Assembly: GCF_001194135.2 (NCBI RefSeq) | Contig: NC_068994.1 | Coordinates: 42,202,777-42,266,776, forward strand | DNA from: Octopus bimaculoides | Taxonomy: Eukaryota | DNA length: 64,000 nt | Direction of reading: 5' to 3' | Shown here: positions 39,791 through 51,953 of the stretch, piece by piece | Layout: every line of letters starts with the position of its first letter | Numbering within the stretch: the stretch's first letter is position 1 | The notes under the pieces: generated by a model | Told to the model about the DNA's origin: nothing | Database searches by the model: none | Seen by the model: only the letters and a program-made list of their open reading frames with translations | Translations under genes and position numbers: made by a program

Positions 39791-41390
39791 CAGAATTCCT
39801 TTTGGCATACCCAGTGCAAACTCTGGACATGCAAGAGATGCAGTGGAATTACAGGAAGGTTAATGGAAAAAGAAGTGTTTTTATGTCGAAGATGTACAGG
39901 AACCAAAGTTTACTTGTTATCTTTTTAGGGTCAACAAAATACTCCAACGCAGTACTTGTGCAGATCTCTCCCCCCCCCCCCCTTAGTTGTCACATCCTGG
40001 ATGTTTTACTAGGTTGAAGATAGACAGTTCAAGGAAGTGCCTGTATTTGTTTTTGACAATATGGGCACCTAAAACTATAAGTAAAATGCTTGCTACATTC
40101 TGATATCAAATCATTCTTGACTGAAAAGCCACAGCCATAAATTCCTGCTTTCTTCTTTTCATCATAGATACTCCTAAAAAATGGATAGAATGGTCACAGG
40201 GCTAATGTTATTAATCACAAATCTGCTCAATCAGAGTGAATGTGGAACTAAAAACTACAACAACAGTGACAACAACAAAATTGATTAGCTATATAACTAG
40301 GAATTAAAATAGAGTTAGAAGGTTGAGTTATTTGGTGCTGACCTTTGATCTAGAGTAATATGTGTGTATGCGTGTGTGTATGTGTGTGTTGTTGTTGATG
40401 TTGTTGTTGTTATGCAGCAGTTCTAACTTGCTGCAGTTGTTTAAAAAGAACATCAATAACATTAGTTGCACTAGTCTTAGATGTCCTGTGAAGACCGTGG
40501 CCACAGACACCTCCCTCCAGACCAGGCCTGACTATCAAAAAAAAAAAATCTTTTCTTTTAAATTATGAATATATCACACAATCTTGTTTATTCTCTCTGT
40601 GATTCTAATGTTTTGTGAATATTTAAGAAATGATTATAATATATAAAAAAAGTAATAATAATAAAACTAAACTACCACCATACCAATTACTGCATATTGT
40701 TCACAACATAATTTTTTTATGGTAGGCTATAAATGTATGTGTGTATGCGCATGCATGTATGTGTGTGTGTGTGTGCATGTGAATGAGTACATACATACAT
40801 TCATAAATACATATATACATGCATACATATATAATTATATATATATATATATATATNNNNNNNNNNNNNNNNNNNNNNNNNNNNNNNNNNNNNNNNNNNN
40901 NNNNNNNNNNNNNNNNNNNNNNNNNNNNNNNNNNNTATATATATTTATATATATACATGTACATATATATGCTTATGTGTATACATATACATCGATATAT
41001 TGTCGTGCGTGTGTGTGTGTGTGTGTGAGTGTGTGATATCTAAAATCATATATATATATAAATATATATCATGTATCACGCAAGCCTTATGTGATATTGT
41101 TTATAATTATTTGTCCATATATTGAAGGCAAATAAATGACTCTGGAAATGAAGAAAAGATGAAAGAGAACATGCAAGAGGCAGAAGAATGAAATAATAAT
41201 ATCAGTGATCTGATTGGAAGACTGAAAGAGAGAATTCTTATGAAATGTAATGATGTATATCTGTGTATGAAAGACAATGGAGCCAGGGAGGTCAGAGAGA
41301 GACAGAAACACAAAGAGGGAGAAAAAAGGAGAAAGAGAGAAAAAAGAAAGAGAGAGAGACTGAATGAGAAATATAAAGACATCTCAAAGA

Positions 41391-43796
41391 TCAAAGAGAT
41401 GCTGTATTTACCTGACTTGCTGAAGGAAGATTTCTGCTGAGATTTGAAGACTTCCATTGTTTGTTGAATTCAGCTTCCGGGACAAGTTGACTTTCCAAAT
41501 CTACAAGCTGCATGTTTTTATGTTTGATGTCATCAGGGTTCTTTGTTATAATGACGAGGTTGTTTGTTTGTGATATCAAATGTCTCATTTCCCTCCAAGG
41601 CTGGATTGATGCATTCAATGAGGGGCTGTTTGTTAGATTCCGTTGATTATTGTGCCGAACTATACATATTGTAATAAATACTACTATAGATATCGACACA
41701 ACAACAGCAATAACAACAATAATTATCACAATGTTTATATCTAGCATACTTCCAGATTTGGAATGTGAACCAGTAAACAAGACAGATGTTGTATTGCTAA
41801 CAGTCAGAGTTAAAGACAATCTAGTCGTTGCTGATAAAACTGGTGTACCACTGTCTTTGACAGCTACTTTTATATCATATGACCCAGCGTCGTTTTGGTA
41901 AACTGTACGTGAAAAAGATAAAACTCCTGTATAAGGATTAACTGCAAATAACTGTTTCTCATTGCCTCCAAGTATTTCATACTTGAGGAAAGCATTAACA
42001 TGACTGTCTCTGTCAGAAGCTCTTAGGGTTGTGATGTCACTTTTGCTCTGCGGATGGTAGTGGACGTCTAGATTGAAAGGGTTAACACTAGGAAATGTAA
42101 AATAGGGAGCATTGTCGTTTTGATCAATAACCTCAACAATAACTTCACCAATACTTTCAAGGTTAGGTATTCCATTATCTTTCACCTTGACTTGGAAATT
42201 ATAAACATTCTGTAATTCATGATCAACAGACTGGTTTGTGGATACAAATCCGTAGCTTGTTATCTGGAATGGAAGTCTATATTTATTATTAGCTAACAAA
42301 GAAAATGTCAGCTGGCCTCCAAGCCCAAGATCAGAATCTGTGGCATTGATGAAACCTACAGGGAAATAAGGTTTTTCATTCTCATAAATTAAAAACTTAA
42401 ATATATTCTTTGTAAACTTTGGCTGCACATCATTCACATCCATTACTTCAATGGAGTATTTCTGTACAATTTCTAATGGGGGAGTTCCCTCGTCTTGACA
42501 TACTATCGTAATAGTATAATGATCTTTTGTCTCACGGTCAACTGAATTTTTCAAAATAATTTTGTATTCTTTTGAGCCCAACATTAGAAGCTGGAATTTA
42601 TTGTGTTGAAGTTCACATGATACTTCCCCATTTGATCCAGCATCATTATCAATCAGCATAACATATGCAATGAAACTACCAACTTCAGTATCTTCTGAAA
42701 TAGCTGCTGAGCTTTCACTGAGGGGAGTCAGAAAATTTACATTGATAGTTGGGTAATTATTTTGTTGGTTAATGACATTTATAAGAACCAAAGCAGCCGA
42801 ACTTAATGGAGGCTTTCCTCTATCACTTGCTCTCACAAATAATTCATTGACTTGCTTTTCAAGAGATGCAAAAGTTTCTTTCAAAAATATTTCTCCCGTC
42901 TCTTCATTTAACATAAAATGTCTATTAGCTGATTCTGATGTTTTTGAACTGAAATAGTAGGAAACTTTACCATTTTCATTAGAATCTAAATCACTGGCAG
43001 ACAAAACAGCAATTGGAGACCGCAAACTTTCATTGTTCTGAATAGAAATATTATAAACAACTTGAGAGAAAACAGGAGCATTATCATTAACATCGGTTAC
43101 AGATATATGAACCAGTAAAATTCCTTGCTTTGAAGGCGTACCTTCATCTTTTGCAATGATTTTAATCACATACATTTCCTGTTTTTCTCTGTCTAGTTTT
43201 TCTTTCAAATATATTCCCAATTCTGAATTTCCATCAAGACTTTTTGATACTGACAGTGCAAATGGTTTGTTTTGGTTTTCTTGAAGCTCATATGTTATTT
43301 CTGAATTGCGAACGGTAATATCATTATCAATAGCATTCGGGATAGATTTTTTCATTCCTTTCCAGTCACCTTCAGAAAACTGAAGATTTATTTGCTTGTC
43401 ACTAAACTCTGGTGAGTGGTCATTTATATCTTCAATTACTATTTTCAGTTTTAATATTTTCATAAACATCTTTGCTTGTCGAACAGCAACTTTCACAACC
43501 TTGAAACATTGTTTACCATAAGAACAAAGTGATTCAGCATCTAGTAATTGAGTGGTGTAAAGTTTCCCAGTTTTACTAACATTAAATAACTGAGTGTCGT
43601 CAGTTAATCTTTGTTTTATTAAACTGAACCATATTAAACTATGGTCAGTCGAAGGCAAGGAATCAAATATTTTGCTGTCAGCAACAATGTTACCTACATA
43701 GGTGCCAGAATTCTGTTCTTCTTCAACGTGGTAAATTAAATCGATACAAAAGGTATAAGAAGTAATGGAAAGGATTAATAGTATTGGTGCCAACAT
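41391..43796 (-). CDS. Pcdh: Protocadherin (cephalopod-type) large coding exon: signal peptide, six EC repeats, TM helix, proximal cytoplasmic tail. The true start is probably ATG 43796, not GTG 43802. The exon probably splices at 41412; unspliced read-through stops at 41391.
   Basis: Uninterrupted ~800-aa ORF. Cadherin motifs DINDHSPEF, LDRE, DVNDNAPVF, VDRE, DVNDVQPKF, DQNDNAPYF and xDxGxP. EC1 cysteine pair LCSYGKQC. Hydrophobic TM IVIIIVVIAVVVSISIVVFITICIV. Donor CAG|GTAAAT at 41412/41411. Confidence 0.97.
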   Translation of the reverse strand: MLAPILLILSITSYTFCIDLIYHVEEEQNSGTYVGNIVADSKIFDSLPSTDHSLIWFSLIKQRLTDDTQLFNVSKTGKLYTTQLLDAESLCSYGKQCFKVVKVAVRQAKMFMKILKLKIVIEDINDHSPEFSDKQINLQFSEGDWKGMKKSIPNAIDNDITVRNSEITYELQENQNKPFALSVSKSLDGNSELGIYLKEKLDREKQEMYVIKIIAKDEGTPSKQGILLVHISVTDVNDNAPVFSQVVYNISIQNNESLRSPIAVLSASDLDSNENGKVSYYFSSKTSESANRHFMLNEETGEIFLKETFASLEKQVNELFVRASDRGKPPLSSAALVLINVINQQNNYPTINVNFLTPLSESSAAISEDTEVGSFIAYVMLIDNDAGSNGEVSCELQHNKFQLLMLGSKEYKIILKNSVDRETKDHYTITIVCQDEGTPPLEIVQKYSIEVMDVNDVQPKFTKNIFKFLIYENEKPYFPVGFINATDSDLGLGGQLTFSLLANNKYRLPFQITSYGFVSTNQSVDHELQNVYNFQVKVKDNGIPNLESIGEVIVEVIDQNDNAPYFTFPSVNPFNLDVHYHPQSKSDITTLRASDRDSHVNAFLKYEILGGNEKQLFAVNPYTGVLSFSRTVYQNDAGSYDIKVAVKDSGTPVLSATTRLSLTLTVSNTTSVLFTGSHSKSGSMLDINIVIIIVVIAVVVSISIVVFITICIVRHNNQRNLTNSPSLNASIQPWREMRHLISQTNNLVIITKNPDDIKHKNMQLVDLESQLVPEAEFNKQWKSSNLSRNLPSASQVNTASL

Positions 43797-44157
43797 ATCC
43801 ACTCTTCTTATTTTGCAGACTGTTATATAACATTGGTGCTAACATGTCCTGTGTTGTTTCTCTGCTGTCTGTCACATATCATTAGTATCAAAGTATCTTC
43901 ATTCATTGTTCTGGAGTTTGTTATGTAACATTGCTGCAATCACAACCATCTTTCTTCTTGCAGGGACTTTTATATAACATTGACACTGTTATGAGTTTTC
44001 CTTGTATATTATGATACCGGCATTATTGTATCATTTTAAAGCAATAAACCTCAAGTTTAGGATCACTGTTAAACGACTTTGGTACCAAGAATACCAGTTG
44101 TAGAAATGATAAAAATGAAATTGAAGATTATTTCTGTGTTCACAGTAAAAGTTTCTG
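43797..44157 (-). promoter_or_regulatory. Probable 5' UTR part of the protocadherin exon, with splice acceptor at 44155/44154, implying an upstream non-coding exon
   Basis: Minus strand reads CCTTTTCTTTTGTTATATTTTCAG|AAAC, a polypyrimidine tract plus CAG about 360 nt upstream of the ATG. Confidence 0.55.
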
Positions 44158-44506
44158 AAAATATAACAAAAGAAAAGGATATTAATGATAAGATTCAAGA
44201 ATAAGGTAACTATGAATATAATGTTAAATGCATTAACTTTAGTGTTCTGATGATGGTCTCAAACATAGAGTATTTTCTGGCATACAAGTTGACATAGTAA
44301 TATAGTGTAATCATGTAGTGTAAACATTTAAACATTGTCTGTCTTTCCATATTTCACATAGAATTTATGGTCCTTCAAAATCATCTTGGTGTATAAGACA
44401 ACCCTACCTCTTTTGTCTGTAAATTTTTGTCTGTAAAATTCAACTTGTGTGCTGGAAAATATGGTATGTTTTCTCTTTTTTATAGACAGATGTATGAAAT
44501 GATAAG

Positions 44507-44900
44507 TAGAGTGGGTGTGTGGTAAGTAGCTTGCTTACAAGCCACACAGTTCTGGGTTCAGTCCCACTGCGTGGCACCTTGGGCAAGTGTCTTCTACTCT
44601 AGCCTCGGGCCGACCAAAGCCTTGTGAGTGGATTTGGTAGATGGAAACTGAAAGAAGCCCGTCGTATATATGTATATATATGTATGTGTGTGTGTGTGTG
44701 TGTGTGTTTGTCCCCCTAGCATTGCTTGACAACCGATGCTGGTGTGTTTATGGCCCCGTCACTTAGCAGTTTGGCAAAAGAGACCGATAGAATAAGTACT
44801 AGGCTTACAAAGAATAAGTCCCGGGGTCGATTTGCTTGACTAAAGGCAGTGCTCCAGCATGGCCACAGTGAAATGACTGAAACAAGTAAAGAGTAAAGAG
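44507..44900 (+). mobile_element. SINE family A, full length (tRNA-like head, CCTTGGGCAAGT core, internal (TA)n(TG)n, GAAACAAGTAAAGAG tail)
   Basis: Near-identical copies occur throughout the window. B box GGTTCAGTCCC. Confidence 0.9.
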
Positions 44901-46625
44901 TTATGAAATCATTATGGGATTAAGGAAATATTGCTGATTAGTCTGCTCAACTTTGCTTCAACAAGTATTTGACATAGAGTTAAACACAGGGAGTTGCCAT
45001 ACACACAAAATTTGGATGGTATTAGCCTCTCCTATTTTTCTTGATGTCTCTACAATAATCCATTCAACTTTTAAGACATTTGAACTACATTAGTATTTCT
45101 GTTATTATTTATATAAGACATTGTCTTCAAGATGATGTCAATGGAAATGTTAACTCATTTCTAAAAAACCCCCAGGGCCCATAGGATCATGTTTCGTTTT
45201 AAGTTTTAGTAACGCTGAATAATTAGAATCGAATTTCTCCCGTCAAATTTGTAGTCAGGTAAACAGAATAGAATGCTTTTCTTAACAACAAAAATCTATG
45301 CCTGCTGTTAGACACAAATTCAAACTTTCCATTTAACTTATACACATTAATTTTATATATCAAATTTTGTTTTATGTTCTGCATTGATGTCTCTTTATGG
45401 TTTCTGGGCTTTCTAGAAATTTTAGCTTTATCTCCCCCAACATACTCTCCATCAATTCTGTACATTCTGGGTTCAAATATTGCCTTGTTATCAACATACA
45501 GTAAATTTTCTGGAAAGTATCATGGTTGACAGATGACATCAGCAGCTTGAAAAAAAACTAAAAGAAACATTATTTTTTGGAATATTGGATCTTGAAGTAC
45601 ATCACATTTGATAGAGTGTGAAGGCATGTGGCATAGTGGTTAGGGTATTCAGCTCACAATTGTAAGGTCATGAGTTCAATTCCCCGTGGTGCATTGTGTC
45701 CTTGAGCAAGACACTTTATTTCACATTGCTCCAGTTCACTCAGCTGGCAAAAATTAGTAGTATCTCTAATTCAGATGGCTGGCCTTGTCACACTCTGTAT
45801 AATGCTGAATCTCCCTAAGGGTACACGCCTTCATCATCACATGGGAATCCAGACTACCCTTTTTCAATAAGTAAAAAAAATATTATTGATCAGAAAAAAT
45901 CTTACCAGAAAAACATTGATAGGGTGAAGCATATGTGTGAGAAATAGAGAAGGAGTGTGGGAAAATAAAAAACATATTTGAAGCTTAAAGGAAAAAAAAA
46001 TCAACTGATATGTTTTCTAATTTTAACACCAACTTTCATATAAAAGGGATGCAGAATAGAATTGATCAGTTTTATGTAAAAATATTTTTGAAGAGCAAAA
46101 GAAAAAAAAAAATTTAGAATCATATAATGTATAATGAACTAAAATGTAGTTACAAAATGTTGACAAAGCTGAGCCAATCAATATTCTAAATAACATTGAA
46201 ATGTTGAAGAAAGTTTTGTGAAAAGAAAATTATTAACTCCATAACAGATACATTTTTCTGACATTTTGAAGTATGGAATAAAAATAATGAGCTATAAATA
46301 TATGAATGAAGAAATGTCACCAGTCATAGACAAGCTTTGATTGGGTTTGAGAGGTAAATGGACTTTTACTTATAGTAAGAGTGGGAAATCCTCTGAGACA
46401 GATGGAAGCAGGTGATTATGTGGGATGTGTTTAGATAGCTTACAATTTGAAATTTGGAGTATATATGTGTATGGAAGGCAATAGAAACCGAAAGTGAAGC
46501 AGTCGTCAGAAAGAAAGTGGGTGTAATTTGTTTTATCCAGGCCACTGGAGTCAGGTATCCATATGATGTGATGGAAAGTAAAGTTGTTCACAGTTTTGTA
46601 AAGTGATTATCAACACATATGTGAA

Positions 46626-46965
46626 GGTACATGGCTCAGTGGTTAGAGCATCAAGCTCACAATCATGAGGTAATGAGTTCTGATTCCTGGACCAGGTTGT
46701 GTGTTGTGTTCTTCAACAAGACACTTTATTTTCACATTGCTCCAGTTCACCCAGCTATAGGAATGAGTTGTGATGTCACTGTGATGCCAAGCTGTATTGA
46801 CCTTTGCCTTTCCCTTGGATAACAATCAGTGGCATGAAAAGGGGAGGCTGGTATGTATAGGCAACTGCTGGTCTTCCACAAACAAATTTGTCAGATTTGT
46901 TCCTCAGAGGGGAACTTTCTAGGTGCAATCCCATGGTCATTCATGATTGAAGGGGGTCTTTATCT
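46626..46965 (+). mobile_element. SINE family B, full length
   Basis: Head TGGCTCAGTGGTTAGAGC ... GAGTTC; body colinear with 13983-14300. Confidence 0.85.
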
Positions 46966-47033
46966 CATTAATAGAAAAGTTGAGCACATTCTGATACATC
47001 TGAAGAAAGTAACTGTAGCTGACACTAGTTCTT

Positions 47034-47227
47034 TTAACCCCCTTTTTACCATATTTCTGTTGATAATAGTGAATTTAGTAGAGTTACTCTGTCAGTATTA
47101 AGCTGGTGTTTAGAACTTATATTAACAATGAAATTTTGACAGATTTTGATTTATATCATTTTTAAACAGAAAGTTTGTATCATAGCATCAGAGATGATCT
47201 TGGATTGATTGCTACCAAAAGGGTTAA
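47034..47227. mobile_element. Second piggyBac-type MITE family
   Basis: TTAACCCC-CTTTTTACC ... TACCAAAAGGGTTAA. Confidence 0.55.
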
Positions 47228-47609
47228 TTTGAGATTTTGTTGCTATGTTTCTGTTGAAATATATTGATATTGACTTTGTTTAAACTTATCTTGAAAATAA
47301 TGAAGAATGTAGTAAAATAATTTTGTCATCGTTAGGCCAGTATTAATGTAGCATGAAATTATGTTCGAAAATTTTTATTCATTATTTATGATGATGATGA
47401 TGATGAAGATGAAAATCACAATGATGGTGATGATGAAGATAAAAATTACAATGATGATGATGGTTTATAGATGCAGACATGGCTGTGTGGTAAGATGTTT
47501 GCTTACCAACCACATGATTCCAGGTTCAGTCTTGAGCAAGTATCTTCTATATAGCCTTGGGCCAACCAAAGCCTTGAGAGTGTATTTGGTAGATGAAAAC
47601 GAAAGAAAC

Positions 47610-47648
<39 letters not shown>

Positions 47649-50253
47649 ATATTTGTCTTGATCTGGCCTTGTTAAGTTGGTGATCAAGATTAACCTTTCG
47701 ATATCAACACTGCAGCTAAGGTGGCAGGCTGGCAGAATTGTTAGCACACCAGGCAAAATGCTTAGCAACATTTTGTTTGTCTTTACGCTCTGAGTTCAAA
47801 TTCCACTGCGGTCGACTGTGGGTGTAATTTGTCTTCATTCTTTCAGTCTCTTCCCCCAAAATTTCAGCCTTGTGCTTTTAGTAGAAAGGATATTGATACT
47901 GCTTCTGTTGCTATTATTTTTTAAGAAGCCCACTAACCTGAATAGATATGCACTGTGATTCTAAATATTGTGGACTGGAGATTCAGCTGTTATTGCACTG
48001 TTTGACTTCAGTGACATAGGAACTTATAGCAGGGCAAGATCACATGACCTGGCAGTTCTGGTGGCCATAACAGATGATTCTCGACTCTCATCTGTCAATG
48101 ACATAATACCATGTGCTTTTATGCAACGCAAGTCCATATGGCACGTTCTCTCAATGTAAATAATGCAGTATTTTGTGTTCTAACACAACATTCACATTAC
48201 AGCAATGACCAAGATTACCTTCTGGTTTTAACACTGCTTCTGTTGCTATTAAATATATATCTCTATATCTATGTGTGTGTGATTTTGTGTCTGTGTTTGC
48301 ATCTACCCCACCACCACCACCACCACTTGACAACCAGTGTTGTTGTGCTTACATCCCCATAGCTTAGCGTTTTGGCAAAAGAAAACAATAGAACCTGTAT
48401 TAGGCTTTACAAAATAATATGATAAGTACAAGGGTTGATCCAGTCGACTAAAATACTTCAAGGTCATGCCCTAGAATGGCCACAGTCTAATGACAAAAAC
48501 AAGTAAGCTATGAAAAACTAAATAAAAGATCATTTTAAGACTGAAAGTTTGTATCACAGGACTAGTAATAGTCTTAGTTTGACTGGTACCAAAAGAGCTA
48601 AATTCAGATCTTGTCAATAAGGTAAACAATGATCCATTAGATGTGATGCGATGTAACATAGTATGTAACATTGTATGTAATATAGTTTGTAAAGAACTGA
48701 TTCTCAATCAGTAAATATGATAGGAAGTTTAAGCAAATGTCTACTGTAATAACATCATCATAAAGAAGCAATGGTTGATGATAGCAGTTATTAATAAAGA
48801 GTTTGTCAGTCAAGTAAATAACTTATTCTGAATTGCCATTAATTATAGAAAATACATCATTACAGACATAAAATCTGAACCTGTATTCTAGGTGATTTGC
48901 AGAATGACGAGAATAAGCAGAATCAGAGAGGAAATGGATGTAAAAGGTGGATTACAACCATGGGAGTGGAATCATAGTGATTACATGTTTGAGTATGTGA
49001 TGTATAACAATTTAAATTGGTATGGCAGTCATAAGAAACGAGCTGTGAATAAGAAAACTCTCTAACAAAACTTGTTGCATGTATTTGCTACATAATTAGC
49101 TAACATTATTTAACATTTGCTATACCAGAATAATATGTGAGAAATTTTTAATAATTTTTCCCTCTAGTGTTAAACTTAAACTAGTGATTATATTTTTGTC
49201 TTTAATATGTTTAATATGTTATATCTTTAATATGTTATATACTTCTGTATTTTATAATATTCACTTCTGTTATTTAGCAATGTGTCTGCTATTCTATATA
49301 TTATTTCTCTAAAATGTTATTTTGCTGCTTGGATTTAGTACCTGACACAATATTACAGTAGCAATATAATTTTAATGAAATTTCAACTTTACATATCCTG
49401 ATCCTATGGTAAAAGACCATCATTTGGAATTTTAATAAATAAAATATCAAATATGGTATTCAAATATATAATTGTAGTTTTACTGTTTATTATTTAAGAA
49501 AATTACTATAAGGTCTTAGTTTTGTAACATGATGATTTATAAATTTGATTGACTGAGATTATCCCTGCAGTTAGCAGACAAAAGTTCCCCCCTAGAGTGA
49601 AAATTCAAAAACAGCAAGTTAAATTCTCATGAACAAAGGCTGGAGAAAAGCTTTGTCTGAAACAATGTCCAATATTCTGAGAAAAATTATGATCTTTGTG
49701 ACACCTCCAGCACGTGGACACCCGAACACTCATCGTTTCTGCAATTCTTCAGCGTGTGTGTGTGTGTGTGTGAGTGTGACCCCTCCCCACACACACATCA
49801 CTGTATTAACCTGACTCAGATGTTGTTGTACCTCACTGGTCACATTGCACTTCCAATTACTTCTTGATTGTACCACACTTTTCCATCTTGTCCCAAATTG
49901 CTTAACATCTTCCCATTGTCCTAGAGGCCTTTCGAGTGGCCTTTCCCTTGGATAACATCAGTGGCATGAAGAGGGGAGGCTGGTATGCATGGGTGACTGC
50001 TGGTCTTCCATTAACAACCTTGCCCAGACTTGTCCTTTGGAAGGTAACTTTCTTGGTGCAATCCCATGGTCATTCATGACTGAAGGGGGTCCATATGTAA
50101 TATATAAAAATATGTATGCATGTCTACAGATTCCTTTTACATATCTGTGCTTTGTGTTTACTGGTGTAAACTAGTGAGCAAATATGTCTCCCTTTGTGTC
50201 ACAGAGTGATTTAATGATTGAATAAATAGATATTGATAAAATAAATAAGTGGC

Positions 50254-50790
50254 TAGTTAGAAAATCTCTATAAGAGATGAAAGTAATAACTATACTGAGA
50301 GGTAATATCTATCACTGCTTCAATATGGCTATTCCATAAGAACTGCCATTATTACTGTTTTTAACTCCAGAAGGAACTTTCTCTGGCTGGTTATCTGTGC
50401 AATCTGCACCCTATATACATCACAAGCATACTTCTGAGTATAGTTACTACTTTCTTCTCTTATAGAGATTTTCTAACTAACAACTTTGCTTGCTGTAAGA
50501 TCAGTAACTGGTTCTCACTTGTTTTTTTATATATTGTCAGCTGGAGTAGACTACTGCTATCTCTAATGGATGGGTGTCCACCACTGAGGATGAGCACAAA
50601 TAGCTCAAAATCATAAGGTCTGGTGGTCCCGTTTTCTGCTAGAAGATGGTAAGGGTTTTCTCCCCTGCTTGCAATACGTATCGGGTGCAGATTGCATCAT
50701 TAACCAGCTGGAGGAAGCTCCTCCTGGGGTTAAAAATGGTAATAACTTTGGTTCCTACAGGACAGCCATATTGAAGATAAAATAAATATC
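50254..50790. mobile_element. Retrozyme/Penelope-like hammerhead-bearing repeat with an inverted, circularly permuted partial copy
   Basis: Inverted pairs 50254-50301/50432-50479 (3 mismatches in 47) and 50305-50427/50667-50789 (about 75%); hammerhead fold inside. Confidence 0.6.
50578..50626 (+). ncRNA. Minimal type I hammerhead ribozyme fold with G12->A core substitution (probably inactive copy)
   Basis: Stem I CCACCA/TGGTGG; core CTGAGGA; T; stem II GAGC-ACAAATA-GCTC; AAAA in place of GAAA; stem III TC-ATAA-GG; cleavage triplet GTC at 50618-50620. Confidence 0.75.
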
Positions 50791-51496
50791 AGATTGAAAT
50801 AGGAACTGGAGCTGAGATCATCAAGGGAAACTGCTGAAAGAAGTGCCCCAGCATGGCTGCAGTTCAATGACTAACACATAATATTCAATTAAAGGCCTGA
50901 CACATTGTGGTGTGCACCTATTATTTTTCTCCTTCTGTAACACATGCTTATTTATAATGTACAATATTATAACTAACTGTTTAATGTGGGGGAAGAGTAA
51001 ATACACCATAACTATATTTTCAATTTAATGCAGACTGAAAATGATTGATAGCATAAAACATTGCTCTGTTGCAGTTTATAGTAGCATGACTGAAAGTACA
51101 TCACATTAGCAGCAACCAAGTAACAAAGTTGTTAAAATGTCAGAGAAAATACCTTGTAGTATCGGCTTTAGTTCTTTGTCTTCTGAGTTCAGTTTCCACC
51201 CAGGGATTCAAATCATACTGATGATCACTGGACCACATTTGATCATGAAACTGATTTTGATGCCAACACATAGACACACACAAATATATATATATGTATA
51301 TGTCTGTATGTGAGCATGTATCTATCTATCTATCTATCTATCTATATATATATATANNNNNNNNNNNNNNNNNNNNNNNNNNNNNNNNNNNNNNNNNNNN
51401 NNNNNNNNNNNNNNNNNNNNNNNNNNNNNNNNNNNNNNNNNNNNNNNNNNNNNNNNNNNNNNNNNNNNNNNNNNNNNNNNNNNNNNNNNNNNNNNN

Positions 51497-51534
<38 letters not shown>

Positions 51535-51705
51535 CGTATACTGTGTTACAATAAAAGGAGTGAATTCTTTTGTACCATCATATTTTGAGCTGTCTTAAAG
51601 TAAAGATGGCATATAAGAGTTGATTTCTTCTTTCTCTCTTGCCTAATGATCTGAAACGTGTGTTTTAAATGCATTTAAGATATCGATATTTGGTTTGTCT
51701 GTATC

Positions 51706-51759
<54 letters not shown>

Positions 51760-51919
51760 ATTGAGTGAGAGAGCAGCACATACCATCAAAGTGACACTGG
51801 GATACAAATATATAAAACCCAATATACCCATCATGACTACCCATCTGATAAAGGTAAAACAGGCATGTGCCTCACAGCCCTATATGTGCAACATGGTGGC
51901 TTCATATCAATATAAACAG

Positions 51920-51953
<34 letters not shown>

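Noticed and set aside
43797-43802. GTG start proposed by the ORF track
   Set aside because: Eukaryotic gene; the in-frame ATG at 43796 begins the signal peptide.
46626-46700. tRNA-like sequences at SINE heads (also 13983, 23480-23545, 45625)
   Set aside because: Acceptor and T stems do not close, and each continues into a SINE body.
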